A DNA stretch of 64,000 nt. It comes from Eledone cirrhosa. Lineage: Eukaryota. Below the pieces are notes generated by a model that made no database searches, had not been told where the DNA came from, and was given only the letters and a program-made list of their open reading frames with translations. Each line of letters begins with the position of its first letter. Within the stretch, counting starts at the first letter, position 1. Location of the stretch: contig OZ024740.1 of the NCBI GenBank assembly GCA_964016885.1, positions 258,416,001 to 258,480,000 on the forward strand, read 5' to 3'. A program made the translations under genes and the position numbers. Shown piece after piece: positions 42,567 to 55,640 of this stretch.

Positions 42567-44225
42567 TCACCTCTTCGTCTCCTGGGGACCAGACTGCACA
42601 ATGTCCATGGGGGTGTTGGAGGGGTTGTTTGGTAGGGTGGTGGTTCCTGGCGGGGTGAGTGTGAGGAAACGTTTCAAGAGGACGCGGTTCGTTGGTTTAA
42701 CACACATATTCCCCACGTCCTCAGCAAAGTTTTCCTTTAAGGACTTATAGGTGTCCGTAGGGACCCTAATCATCCTCAAATTAGGTTTGTCTTTACATTT
42801 GGTAAAATATTTTCCTTCGGTTTCCAAGGAAGGGTTTTTGGAGATGACCTCCAACAAGGTTTTATTGTCAGTGTTTATGTATGTATAATATTTTTGTTGT
42901 GTTGTGTTAGTTTTTGTCTCTTGTTCTTGTGTGTGTTTTCGTTTTGTTGTGGGTATTTGTGTTTGGAGTGTTGTCATTATTTTGTTTTCGGGAGGGGGGA
43001 TTTTTGTTTGCAATGTTTGTGTTTTTTGTGTTGGTGGTTGTGTGTTTGTTGCCTTTTTGTTCGTGCTATGTCTTTTTTTTTCTTTTTTTGGAGCGGAGGG
43101 TTTCTCCCTCATCATCACTGAGTGATGACGAGGGTGCTTCGTCCGTTGTGGTGTCTGTTTGAGGGGTATATTTTGGGGAGCTGTTGTGCTTGTGGATGTT
43201 TTTGGAGTTGTTTTAGGTGGGGAGGGGTTGGGTGGGACTGTGTTTGCAGTTTGGTTTATTTTTGTTATTTTTGTGTGTTGTTGTTGTTGTTGTTGTTGTT
43301 GTTGTGGTGGTTGTGTTGTTGTGTTGGGTGTTGGCAGTAGTGCTTTTTTTAATGCAGTTAATTGAGGTCAAGAAGCCCTCAGGTGACCACTGCTTAAACA
43401 CTGGTAACAGAAGGCCGCCTACCCTCAACAGAAATGTTTATGTAGGAATTTGCATCCAGAGGCACACGTTGTGGTATTCTAGCTATCCGTTCTGGTCTCA
43501 TTTGGACCAGAACTTCTAAGCTTGTACCGTTGAACATGCCCCTGGAGGACTTTCCTACCGAAATTACTATATATTCATCAAAATTGATGAAACCAGCTAA
43601 TATCCACCAGATGTTTACATTTGGTGTGATATTCGTTACTTTTATTTTTTGGGTCCTTTTTACCATATATTTGGGGAAAAAGGTGTAGAGCGGGGACACA
43701 ATTGGCGACACAGAATATTTCTGTGCCGTCAATTGGTATTTCATTATTATTGATAAACTCCCGAAGAGTTTTCCCTTCTGTATGAAGATAATGTCCTTCA
43801 TGGAGTTTCTTAGAATCAGCTCAATTTCGTTTTGAGTTAATTGAGCTGGTTTTCTGGTGGTATTTGAGATTGTCCTATAAACTATAGTTTTCAGGATAGT
43901 GTCTCTACGCAATTCTTGTGGAGATGTGATGCTAAAAGCGTCATCTCCCCAAAAGTTATATATTGCTTGGGATCTCTTAGCAATTCTCCGGCATTAGAGA
44001 TGTCAATATGTGTATATAGTTCTGTCTTTTGGACAGTTTGCGCAAATGAAATCTTTTTTCCTTGTTTGTGGAGTTGTTCTTGTTGGTATTGTTGTCATTA
44101 CTGTTGCTGCTGTTGGTGTTGTTGTCATCATTGTTGTTGTTGTTGTCATTGTTGTCGTTGTTGTTGCTGTTGTTGTTGTTGTTTTTGTAGTTCTTAATTG
44201 CTCGATTTGTGGTTGTAGAATTCAT
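42567..44225 (-). pseudogene. L1/Tx1-clade LINE ORF1 (gag-like, CCHC zinc knuckle, low-complexity N/T/Q tracts), frameshifted
   Basis: Lies directly upstream of ORF2; CYQCLSSGHLRAS*P knuckle at ~43368-43409; RIPQRVPL..ISVEGRRP. Confidence 0.75.
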
Positions 44226-44299
44226 GTCTCTCTTTCAATCTACTCTGTCACAGCCACTATCTCTTCCTCTCTATATTTCTCTCTCTTTGTTTATGAAGG

Positions 44300-44420
44300 T
44301 ATCCGGTAAAACCCCATATCTCAGGAACCCGTGGTCCGATTTGCGTGAAACTTGTTTTATTTCATTTGTATTCCCATTATGCAACCTTTTAGTTGTATTA
44401 CATTAGAGAGAAGCAAACAA
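44300..44420 (+). mobile_element. Helentron/DINE-1-like non-autonomous element fragment
   Basis: tatctcaggaacccgtggtccgatttgcgtgaaactt resembles the conserved block of HINE-type elements. Confidence 0.35.
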
Positions 44421-44589
44421 GCAATCACCCACAGACTTTTAGTATTATATAGATATAGATCGACAATGTATATATATATATATATATATAGGAACAAGTA
44501 TGACCCCGACGGCAGAGCTCAAGCCGGTCCGACGGCTATTTCTGGACTAAATAAGAATGTTTAGCCTGGTAAATAAATAGCCGAACTTC

Positions 44590-44850
44590 TCAGTGGGTAA
44601 GCACTGCATTTAAGGCTTCGTAGAAGCCCCAATCTCTCGGATCTGCGTACAACTGAGTTCTCTGAGCGAGGTTGGTCCACCGCTTATTCTGGATCTCTCG
44701 GAGCTTACGCTGGAGGTTACTGCATACGAGTTGAAAGGAAGATTTTTTCCCCTTCACAAGACAAGATAGCTGAGCTAAGTGAATTTGGTAGGGGGATCTC
44801 TTCTTCACCAGCAATTCTTGAATTTCCTTGTTTTCATCAAAGTAGTTTTT
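44590..44850 (-). mobile_element. RTE-BovB-like LINE fragment
   Basis: CSNLQRKLREIQNKRWTNLAQRTQLYAD..GFYEALNAV. Confidence 0.65.
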
Positions 44851-44914
44851 TTTTTCTTCTTTGGGGTGAAACCTGGGACTTACTCAAATGTCTGCCGAAT
44901 GACATTTTTCAGAT

Positions 44915-45420
44915 GTGTAACCAGCGATAATGAGGTCATCATTCCTGAGTCTGATCGTTATCAAGCTAATGCTCCCTGCCCCACATCCTTAGCTCCTACT
45001 GGAACACACTACATGATGCTACGCCATCAGTTTACAAATTCATAGCTGAAGGCTTTCAAAGTATTTATTTATAAACATACCGTATATCGCCAGATATGCA
45101 AATTCACCTATTTCATATACACAGCTATGTTAGAACTAGAGCCGATATTCTATATGCAAATGAGGCTGATCCGCCCATGTACACAGGCTTCTAAACTATA
45201 TGTTTTCGCTTATGTTAAGTTCAAGCAGCGAGCGGCGCAGGGTACACTAGCTTGATAACGACCAGAGTCAGAAATGATAACGTCGTTATCACTAATTACC
45301 CGTCCTTAGCTCCTACTAAAACACGCTATATGGCACTACGCCATCTATTTTCAACTTCATAGCTGAAAGCTTTCAGAATGTTTATTTATAAACACACCGT
45401 ATATCGCCAGATACAAAGAT
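44915..45420. repeat. Compound inverted + direct repeat (MITE-like)
   Basis: cgttatcaagctaatgctccctgc (~44956) is inverted to gcagggtacactagcttgataacg (~45237); ~115-bp direct repeat 44986-45100 vs 45303-45415. Confidence 0.55.
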
Positions 45421-45559
45421 TCACTGCATTCGGTGGTGAGGCTCCATTTCAAGAGTTGTGTGAAGTATGGCATTACCCATTTGTCACTATTACTCTCAGA
45501 TCCGCTCTGGCCCGGGGCGGTAGAAGAAGGACACTCTGATGTAAAATCTACGACCAGAG

Positions 45560-46180
45560 GACCGCGCTGTCACCGTCCCAGCTTGCTAGGCCTTGCTAGA
45601 TGAACCCCGGGTGTAAAGGGTGGGGTCAGTTCAGCGCACACTGTACTTCACCTAAAATCTCCACTGCACAGGCTCGAACGAAATGTCCGTGACAACCAGC
45701 CATTTCAAGTCCTGTAGCGATGGTAAAGGAGCCAAAACGGTAAGTGTAAAATGATACTGGAAGCCGCAGTCCCAATCCTGCATGCAGGCTGTTCAAGGGT
45801 TTGGTCGTCTTATGTTCACATGAGGAAGCTAACATCGTTCTGCATATCTTAAATGACCAAGCAGCCTTGAGACAGCACTACTTGACCCACATGGAGAGGG
45901 TCAGGAAAAGGTGGTATAAATAAAACTCGTCTCCTACACCACCCACTTTCCAAACCACTGTCAACGGGCATCTTCTCATGCGGTCGAAAAACATCAAGAT
46001 AGAAAAGGTACACACCTACCTGCAAATTTGGAACATCAGAGCCATACTAGAGATATTTGAGAGCAGTCGTCCAGTATATCGATCTCCTTTAATAGCACAT
46101 GAGCTGTCAAGATTGAATGTTGACATAGCTGCTCTTGGTGAAGTACGCTTTCCAGAGGAAAGCAGGTTACAAGTTCCCCC
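45560..46180 (+). mobile_element. RTE-BovB-like LINE 5' end (5' UTR + start of APE endonuclease)
   Basis: WNIRAIL..SSRPVYRSPLIAHELSRLNVDIAALGEVRFPEE. Confidence 0.7.
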
Positions 46181-46249
46181 ATAATCTGGCGAGGGGAATT
46201 TTAAGTCCCGAAATATTAGCACAAATTAGAAAAAAGATAATAATATTGA

Positions 46250-46443
46250 TTTCAAATATAGGCACAAAGGGATGGGAAAGTCAATCAAATCTACCCCAGG
46301 TCATTACTGGTGCTTTATTTTATCGACCCCGTAATGATGAAAAGCAAAACTAACCTAGGTGGGATTTGAACGCAGAACGTAGAGGGACGTAACTATATGC
46401 CGCAAAGCATGTTGTCCGATGCTCTACCGATACTGCCAATCCA
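46250..46443 (-). mobile_element. tRNA-derived SINE (4297 family)
   Basis: Reverse complement of the SINE consensus. Confidence 0.75.
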
Positions 46444-46562
46444 TAATAATAAAGGCCAGTAAACTAAATTTTTCGTTGCCTTCATTTTACCGTCCATTTT
46501 GCATTGTCTTAACCGTCTTTTATATATCATTTCTTCATTATATATAGAGAGAGATGAATTAG

Positions 46563-46915
46563 TTTTGCGAGGTTTTTGATATGAAATCGTGTGTCGAAAC
46601 AAATATTGTTATACTTAAATAAATAAACAGACTAAATAAAGATGGCGTAGGCATACAATACAACGGGAGGAAATATAATAGTACCACTTATGATGTTACA
46701 GATGTGCAACGAAAGAACTTTGTTAGACTATATATATATATGTATATCTGTATTTTTAACCGTTGGTCAATCAGTGATAAACATTGATTGCCAAATAAAT
46801 TAACTATGGACATATAAAAGATACAGAAGCGAAAACCAACCAAACAGTGAGTGTGTTCTGTTATTAATTCTGGCAATATTATTACACAAATATGACCCTC
46901 CCCAAGTATCACAAT
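46563..46915 (+). mobile_element. Solo pLTR of the YVDD-type PLE family (inverted tail + sense pLTR with mutated hammerhead)
   Basis: 46563-46616 matches 53236-53286; 46670-46915 matches 54650-54895; CTTATGA T GTTACA..TGCAAC GAAAG. Confidence 0.75.
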
Positions 46916-47279
46916 ATATATATAGACATATATATATATATAGACATACAAACATAGTTTCGAGGTAGAAGAGACAGACGAATATGGGTTCAAAAGGCGT
47001 CGGTGTTTCATGCAAATGAGATGAAAGGAAAATGGCAGAATATCAAACTTAATCAGTGTAATAAGGAAACGTTATCTGACAAAACGTAAAACGATGTCGA
47101 TAATTATCAATCTGTGACATTATCTGGAATACGAGAGAATAAGAAGGCGCCACTTCCAGCCAGGGTAACGCTAATTATGTATTACTACTACTACTACTAA
47201 TAATAATAATAATAATAATAATAATATTAATAATAATAATAATAATAATGATAATAATAATAATAATAATAATAATAAA

Positions 47280-49200
47280 CTGGAAGGAGGTTTTTGTCAT
47301 TCAGTATGAGGACATGGAGAACGACACTCCTTTTGAATAGTGAAACAAAATCACTGGAAGCTGGAGAAGTTAACATTAATTGTGGAATTTTTCAGGGTGA
47401 CTCTTTATCACCGCTTTTATTCTGCATCGCACTTATACCATTAAGTAAAATGCTCAATGAAACAAAACATGGATATAGAGTCTATGACAAAACCATTAAT
47501 CACCTGTTCTACATGGATGACCTGAAACTATTTGCAAAAAATGATGAACAATTGCAAGGGCTATTATCCACTGTGAAGCAGTTCAGTGATGACATTAAAA
47601 TGGAGTTTGGACTGGATAAATGCGCCAAAGCAACGTTCACCAGAGGAAAGCTGCTGAAGAGTTGAGACATTAATCTTGATCGGGGGAACGTGATAAGAGA
47701 GCTTGATCAAGAACAAACTTACAAATATCTAGGTGTTTGTGAAGGAGACGGAATCAAGCACTCGACAATGAGGGAAAGGATAAGGAAGGAATGTTACCGC
47801 AGAGTCAGAGCAATCTTAAGAACGGAATTGAATGCAAGGAATAGGATCGATGCCATAAACACGCTTGCCATACCAGTAGTAACCTACAGTTACAATGTCA
47901 TCAACTGGTCAAGCACAGAGATCCGTAGGCTCGATACAAAAATCCGAAAATTCTTAACCATGCACAGAATGCATCACCCTAAGGCAGACATAGATAGAAT
48001 ATATCTCCCTAGGAAAGAAGGAGGACGTGGGTTAATCCAGTTAGACATTGCGTTGAAAACTGCAACAATTGGATTATCCACATATCTAAGGGAATCACAT
48101 GATTGGATGATCAAACTCGTTTTGAAACACGAAAGCACCAAAAGATCATATTCCATTACAAAAGATGCACAAAGATACAGTAATGGACTACAAATTTCAG
48201 AAGTCCCATTTACTGCTGAAATGGAAAACACAGAAAAAGCAAAGCAGGTAAAAGTAACTGCAAAGAAAGAACTGCTACAGAAACTGGCTAAGAAATGGCA
48301 AGAAAAGCCTCTGTATGGAAAATACCCAGAGCGAGCTAACAATCCTGATGTTGACAAAACTTTAACCCATCAGTGGTTGGCATCCTCTGGACTGAAATCG
48401 GAGACTGAAGGACTGATTATATCCGCACAAGATCAGTGTCTGCCAACAAAAAATTACCAAGCCAACATAATAAAAAATGGGTGCAGCCCACTATGCCGTG
48501 TATGCAAAAAACAACCAGAGACCATTGACCATATAATTTCAATGTGCAGTCCTATAGCTCCAACCGAATACCTAAACAGGCATGACAGAGCTGCACAATA
48601 CATACATTGGATAATGTGTAAGCATTTTGACCTGCCCCATCAAAAGAATTGGTGGGAGCATCAACCACCTCCCATACTTGAAAAAGATCACATCTCAATC
48701 TTGTGGAACTTTAGAATCCAAACAGACCGAAAAATAGATGCAAATAGACCTGATATAATATTGAAGGACTTTCAAAGGAGGGTATGCCTGCTAATTGATA
48801 TGTCTGTTCCAATAGACAAGAATGTATCTATAAAAACATTTGAAAAATTGAGCAAGTATAAGGACCTGGAGATAGAAATTGGAAAAATGTGGAAATTGAG
48901 AACTAAAACAATACCAGTGGTTGTAGGCGCTCTGGGAATGATACCTAAGGGGTCTAACGACTACTTATCGCAAATCCCAGGAAACCCGCGTATAGGAGAA
49001 ATACAAAAGATAGTACTAATGGGAACTGCCCATATACTAAGGAAGATCCTGTCAATATAAGTACATCACAAGTCTAAACACTAAGGATGCATGTGTGAAT
49101 ATGTGTGTTCTTTCTTGAACATGGCGGACCTTGTTGTCTCTTGAGGTCACTGGTTGTGACTTGGTGATAACTCGTATAAACATAAAGCAAGATAAATGCA
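47280..49200 (+). mobile_element. 5'-truncated R4/Dong-like non-LTR retrotransposon (RT + CCHC + restriction-like endonuclease) in (TAA)n
   Basis: GIFQGDSLSPLLF, HLFYMDDLKL, YKYLG, LPRKEGGRGL, CRVCKKQPETIDHIISMC, RHD, NRPDIIL..LIDMSVP, K..KY; one in-frame TGA at 47663; flanked by TAA repeats. Confidence 0.92.
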
Positions 49201-49255
49201 AATAATAATAATAATAATAATAATATTTATAATATATTATTATTATTATTATTCC

Positions 49256-49397
49256 AGCATAGTTACGTCCCTTTACGATCTGAGTTCAAATCCCGCCGAT
49301 GTTGACTTTGCCTTTCATCCTTACGGGGTCGATAAAATAAAGTAACAGTAATGCACTGGGTAATTGCTGGCCTTGTGCCTAAAGTAGAAACAATTAT
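49256..49397 (+). mobile_element. 5'-truncated tRNA-derived SINE (4297 family)
   Basis: Near-identical to 4348-4487. Confidence 0.8.
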
Positions 49398-49512
49398 TAT
49401 TATTATTATTATTATTACTATGACAACGCCACTACAATATATACACTCACTTTAGTAATAGTAGTAGTAGTAGTAATAGCAGTTGAAGGTTGATTGGATG
49501 TAGTATATGCAC

Positions 49513-49562
<50 letters not shown>

Positions 49563-49570
49563 TTATATAT

Positions 49571-50327
49571 GCAAAAGTTTTATTTAAAATGTTGGGTTAC
49601 AACGAGTAAATATTTTATAACTGATATAAAAGCACTCAACAGGTTTTGGAGTATTTTACGATATTAAACAAATGGAAATTACATTTATAAAACCATATTT
49701 ATTTCATTATATATATCTCAGGGATATCATATTAAAATATTAATATATGGTATGCCCTCTTCAGACAAAATACAATATATAGACAGTTTTAGAAATAAAT
49801 TTGATATACCTTAGAGTTTACAACTTCTCCTGTATATCACCCCTCCCCTATCTCTCCCACCTCGTATAATAGATATTACTCGATCTACCTCTCCTTATTT
49901 ATTTTTATTTTTGTTTTTATTTCTCCCCGTATCCTTAACACTAAATAAATAAATAAACAAATGAATAATTACAGTACCCCTTCCCTCATAGATCTCTCAT
50001 TTGGTGGTTTTCTCTTTACATACATTTCTTCATCTTCTTCACCTTCCGCTCTTTCTTTTTCTTTTCTCCTTCTTTTTCTTTTTCCTTTTTTCCTTTTTTC
50101 TCCGTTTTTTTTCTAACCGTCCTTAACATTTTCACTACCGTAACAACTTTTTAAATGGAAGTTGTAAACTCTAAGGTATGTCAAATTTATTAATAAAACT
50201 GTCTATATATTGTATTTTGTCTGAAGAGGGCATACCATATTTTAATATTTTAATATGATATCCCTGAAATATATATAATGAAATAAATATGGTTTTATAA
50301 ATGTAATTTCCATTTGTTTAATATCGT
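49571..50327 (+). mobile_element. Solo fold-back pLTR of the same Naiad family as 19001-23028
   Basis: 49657-49828 is the reverse complement of ~50157-50327; the middle matches the reverse complement of 19190-19600; flanked by (TA)n. Confidence 0.85.
50213..50285 (+). ncRNA. Type I hammerhead ribozyme with extended stem II
   Basis: TATTTTGT CTGAAGA GGG..CCT GAAA T ATAT ATA ATGAAATA; the inverted copy at 49700-49772 has GAGA instead of GAAA. Confidence 0.72.
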
Positions 50328-50353
50328 ATATTTATATATATATGTTTATATAT

Positions 50354-50384
<31 letters not shown>

Positions 50385-50387
50385 AAC

Positions 50388-50469
<82 letters not shown>

Positions 50470-50474
<5 letters not shown>

Positions 50475-53033
50475 CCAGAACTAAACTTAAAAAGATTCTA
50501 GAACAGCATAGCAAGAAACAGAATAGAATGGAGGCCCAGCAGCTGGGGATGGCGGGGGGGGGGGAATCGCAAATGGCTTGCGTAAGCTCATGCAGCGCTC
50601 ACAAAATGGAAAGATTGTATGCTTTCCAACAGACAAGTTTGGCAGAATGTCAGTTGACAGCCTACCAAACTACATCCAGGCAATGCAACCCTATATCATC
50701 AACACAAGAGAAGTAACACCACAAGAGCATTAAGAAAGGGAAAAAACCCTAAACACTCATATGATGAGGAGGACTAGCGTAATGCAGCTTAATAAACGGA
50801 CTACCAACAACTTCCTGGCCTGGAACAAAGACGCACCAATGCTGTATGGGCTTCGCACAGACCACAAGGCAAATAGTGACCCAGTCACAGGACCACCAAC
50901 ACGGCCAGTGTATGGAGCTAACATTGCTAACAACTACAAACTCTCCTACTTCCTCTCCCTGATCATACGACCTATCAACAAAATGCCCCCAGATATATAC
51001 GACAGCACGGAGGTCCTCCTCAGCAGAATCAGCAAATGCAACTTGTGTAGGGACCTAACAGGCTGAACAATAGGTAGCATGGATGTAGTGTCACTATACC
51101 CATCCATCAACGTTGGTTTTGATATGGGAAAATGCGTAGAAATGATTAGCGAGAGCAATGTGGAATTCCCTAGGATTTATACCAGTGAGCTAGGACTCCT
51201 ATTTGAACTTACACACAATAAGGAGTATTTAGACACGCATAACCTCAGAAGCGTCTGCCCCACAAAACCAGAAAGAGGCAGACCACCTACCATTACCTCA
51301 ATGGCCAAGAAGAATCACACAGAAAGATAGAGCTGGTGGACCAGAGACATAAGGAGCCCCGAAAACACATGATGAATTAAAGAAAAGGATCGCACATGCG
51401 ATGGAGGCCAGTGTAAGACTAACCCTTAAGGAACATATGTTCAAGTTTAATGGCAAAACATGCCCAAGATGAAGACACAGCCATTGGCGTTAGCATTGCA
51501 GGTGACATAGCTAACCATTTTATGGTATGATGGGACAGAAGACTTATGGAACAATTAGACGGCAATTTTATAACCCTGACTATGTACTCCCACTACGTAG
51601 ATGACATAAATATGGTAGTAAAAACACCCCCACAGGAGAACTGTCAGGAATTACAGAAGAACATCGTGGAAAGCATCCAGCAAATAGCTAACTCCATCCA
51701 ACAGAGTATTAAAGTTACTATAGACTACCCAACTAAACACGCCAACCATAGAATATCCGTACTAGACACAGAACTCTGGTTGAAAACTATTAGTAATAGA
51801 ACGCAAATCCTCCATTCGCATTACGCCAAACCCATGACCTCCAAATACCCGATCAACCGAAACTTAGCTGTTTCGTATCACATAAAAATCAATATACTCA
51901 TTTCGGACTTAGTAAGAGTGATGAAGAGAGTGCCCCGCGTATGCAACTCTAAAGAATTATACATATACAACACTTCATCCATCACATACAGTTCTCTGGC
52001 TGCAATCAGAGAGACAAGATCAGGGTATATAAAGGAGCCAGACCAAATGCGTGAATATTGTACAAAATGAAGCAAATGGGTTTTACCCCATGTATAGGAG
52101 CAAATTTTGGAACAGAATAGACAGATTTAGGGATGAGAGAAGTAAAATCAACTCCTGGTATGCTAGCAATAAATACCAGAGTGTAATGTTCGTTAATACA
52201 ACCCTAGAGGCGAATTAGCTTACAGATTTAGAAGAGCCTTAGACAAGATCAAATTAAATATTAAGAGAGCTAAATGACATTCCCATAAAAACCCTAATTA
52301 GTAAAACTTACGTATTTCAAAGAACCCCCTGCACTGATAGAAAATGCATAGTCTGCAAGCTAAGCCCCGAAATTAACTGCAAAACTAGGAACGTAATATA
52401 TAGTATAAGATTTACTAAGGGACAGTGTAGGAATAAGAACACAACATACATAGGTGAAACACCCCATAGCATAGGAGAAAGAAGAAATAAACACTGGCGA
52501 GAACTCCAGGGTGGGAAAAACGCATCAGTACTGCACCAACATGCTAAAATAGAACATATGGGCACATTAGAGAACAGAGATAAAAACTATATCCACACAG
52601 AAAAGATGCAATAAACATAAACGAACTCTAACCAAAATTAAACAGAGAACATAAGTGGAATAGTAACATCACAACTAGCAATTAAGGAAAAATGAAGACA
52701 TACAGACACACACAAAAAAACCAAACTAACAAATCAAAGCAGCCATAAACAGATGGAGCAAACAACCAACTAGTGCCAAATAAATAAACATAAATAAACA
52801 CACACTCACACCCGGATACAACATACAAAAACAAGATGGTGTGGGACAGAATAAATGAGAGACACAAAATAAAATCCTAATCACGGAGGAGGTCACAGAA
52901 TATGTGACGTAAGAGCTTTGACAATATATAAATAACTATCCGGTTATCGAACTACCCAACCGGAAATTTATAATAAATTGAAGTGAAAACCAACAGGTGC
53001 GTGTGTTTTTATTGGCAGCATCACCTTCCCAAA

Positions 53034-53035
<2 letters not shown>
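50470..53035 (+). mobile_element. Decayed PLE of a second clade (YVDD RT + GIY-YIG), with pLTR
   Basis: LYGLRTDHK, PPTRPV, MDVVSLYPSI, GVSIAGDIAN, HYVDDIN, VLDTELW, HYAKPM, NVIY..YIGET; degenerate hammerhead at ~52884-52920. Confidence 0.8.
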
Positions 53036-53084
<49 letters not shown>

Positions 53085-53229
53085 CGTTATAGGTAATCCA
53101 GTTAGAGGTGAATTCGTATTGTGGATAGTTTTAGCGTACGGCGTTGTTTACCTCAACTTAATCAGTGAAACAATTTTTAAGACTGTAAATAAAAACCTTT
53201 TTTTGTACTGTTGACATAAAAATATATAA

Positions 53230-54895
53230 ATTTTTTGCGAGGTTTTTGATATGAAATCGTGCGACGAAACAAATATTGTTATACTTGAGGAGGGTCATAT
53301 TGTTGTAATAATATTGCCCGAAATAATAACAGAACACACTCACTGTTTGGTTGGTTTTCGCTTCTACCTCTTTTATATCTCCATAGTTAATTTATTTGAC
53401 AATCAATGTTTATCATTGACTGACCAACGGTTGGAACTAAGGATTAACACGATAGACGAGAGGGCCCACATTCTCCACTCACACTATGCTAAACCCATGG
53501 CCTCCAGATACCTGATACTCAAAACTTCTGCAATGTCCAGTAGTGCTAAGTTTAATATTCTGATTGCAGACTTTGTAAGAGTGATGAAGAACGTGTCCCG
53601 CATGTGCGACCCAACAGAAATGGAAAGACACATCCAACACTTCATCAACCGCATGCAGTTCTCTGGCTACAAGCAAAGAGACAGAATCAGAGTATACAAA
53701 GGAGCCACGGAGAAGTATAAGACCCTCATAGAACTGGACATGAGAGGAATTTGCCCATTATACAGGAACAAATCATGGAATAGCTTAGATAGGACTAAAC
53801 ATAAGATAGGGAAAGCCACTTCATGGTACGACAACCAGAGATACCATGTGTTATGTTCGTTGATACTACCCCTGGAGGGAAATTAGCTAAGCAATGTAGA
53901 AAGGCCCTAAGAAAGACCGATCTAAAGATTAAAGTGGTAGAAAAGCCAGGAACTACCATAAAATCTCTGATCAACAAGACTTACCCCTTTAAGAAAACCC
54001 ACTCTACAAATATGAAATGTGTTATATGTAAAATGTGTTATATGTAAAATGAACCCTCAGATAAACTGTAAAACTAGAAATGTAGTCTATAGCATAGGAT
54101 GTACAGAGGGTACTTGCAGAAACATGACAAGGATATACATAGGTGAGACAGCTCGTAGCATAGGAGAAAGAATAGACCAACACTGGGGGAACTAAAAGGT
54201 CAAAAAAACGGTTAAGTACTATATGAATACACCAGACGAAGACATGACGGTAATATAGACAACATAGAAATTAAAATAAAATCCAAACTTAGAAATGACC
54301 CAACGAGTAGTTAAATCAGAGAAGCCAGCGAAATAGAGCTTAGAAAGCTAAAGTTAAACAGAAAAAATGAATGGAATAACAACAACAACCATACCAAAAC
54401 AAACAAGAGAATTATAAATAAATAAATAAATAAATAAATATATACACAAGTATAATAACAACAAACACATATAAACACTCACTAATAAACAAAGATAGAA
54501 TACAAAAACCAAAAGACATACAACCAAACGCGAACACCCCCCCCAAAAAAAACCTTTTATACACACACGCAAACGCATGCGCAGAGACGGAGACAAAAAT
54601 AAATAAATAAATAAAATAAAAATAGCTAAACACAACACAATAGGTAGAAACATGATAATAGTACCACTGATGATGTTGCAGATGTACAACGAAAGATATT
54701 GTTAGACTATATATATATATTTATATCTGTATTTTTAACCGTTGGTCAGTCAATGATAAACATGGATTGCCAAATAAATTAACTATGGAGATATAAAAGA
54801 TACAGAAACGAAAACCAACCAAACATTGAGTGTATTCTGTTATTATTTCTGGCAATATTATTACAACAATATGACCCTCCCCAAGTAAAACAATA
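53230..54895 (+). mobile_element. 5'-truncated YVDD-type PLE with inverted 5' pLTR
   Basis: HSHYAKPMASRY, NRMQFSGY, MFVDTTPGGKLA, NVVYSI..YIGETARS; 53272-53432 is the reverse complement of ~54737-54895. Confidence 0.85.
54661..54706 (+). ncRNA. Minimal hammerhead motif in pLTR
   Basis: CTGATGA T GTTG..CAAC GAAAG; stems I and III are weak. Confidence 0.5.
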
Positions 54896-54929
54896 AATAT
54901 ATATATATGCTGTACTATAAGTTTGGTAC

Positions 54930-55640
54930 AAATATCCAAGAGCAAGAGCACTCAGTCCATGTGTGTCCTTAAATTTCATTGGGTTATACACCCCAAACTC
55001 ATTCAGCCTGTTATATAAAGAAAGATGGCAACTACCATGGTTGAATGTGCAATTTATTTCGAAAAAGATATATGAGAGCTCTTCAATGGTATGTAATTTC
55101 AAAATTAGCTATAAAATAAACAAAATTATTAGATATGTTAAAGGCGGGTAACATTCCTAAAAATAATATCAAATGTAGTTAGTGATTCAAAGATCAAATA
55201 CCTTGAAATTCAAATTAATTAGTAATTCAAAGAAAATATATTACTTGATAATTACAATGATTAATCAGTGGTTCACTGAAGCCAGTTGTAAAATTCCATT
55301 TTTCCGAGTTACATAGCCGGCAAAATTTCGTCCCATTAACATAGGTCCTAGATTTTTCTAATATACTCCATTTAATGATAAAAGATATGCCGTTATTTTT
55401 ATGGCTCCACACATGTTTTACGAGCTGGGTGGCATGTTTTTGTTAGGATGTCTGAAGGTTGTTCCATGGTACCGGGTTTTGAACCAGCTTTCGGACATTC
55501 AGACTTAAATTCAGGCTTCAGTTTGGTGGTTCTGGTTGGTGGAGGTCACTTCTACTTCATATAATATAGCTGGAGTGTTGCACTGTTGGTCTAGTGGACA
55601 TGTCTCTGGCCTTCTGCACGAGCATCCGTACGCCTTGACT
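54930..55640 (-). mobile_element. Decayed Naiad-type GIY-YIG fragment and 3' region
   Basis: GCSCRRPETCPLDQQC, WSILEKSRTYVNGTKFCRLCNSEK. Confidence 0.65.

Noticed and set aside
43368-43370. TGA at the last Cys position of the Tx1 ORF1 zinc knuckle (selenocysteine?)
   Set aside because: The copy has many other lesions and I see no SECIS; a single TGY-to-TGA change is simpler
47663-47665. Programmed readthrough in the Dong-like ORF
   Set aside because: Single 5'-truncated copy at a non-conserved position; most likely a nonsense mutation
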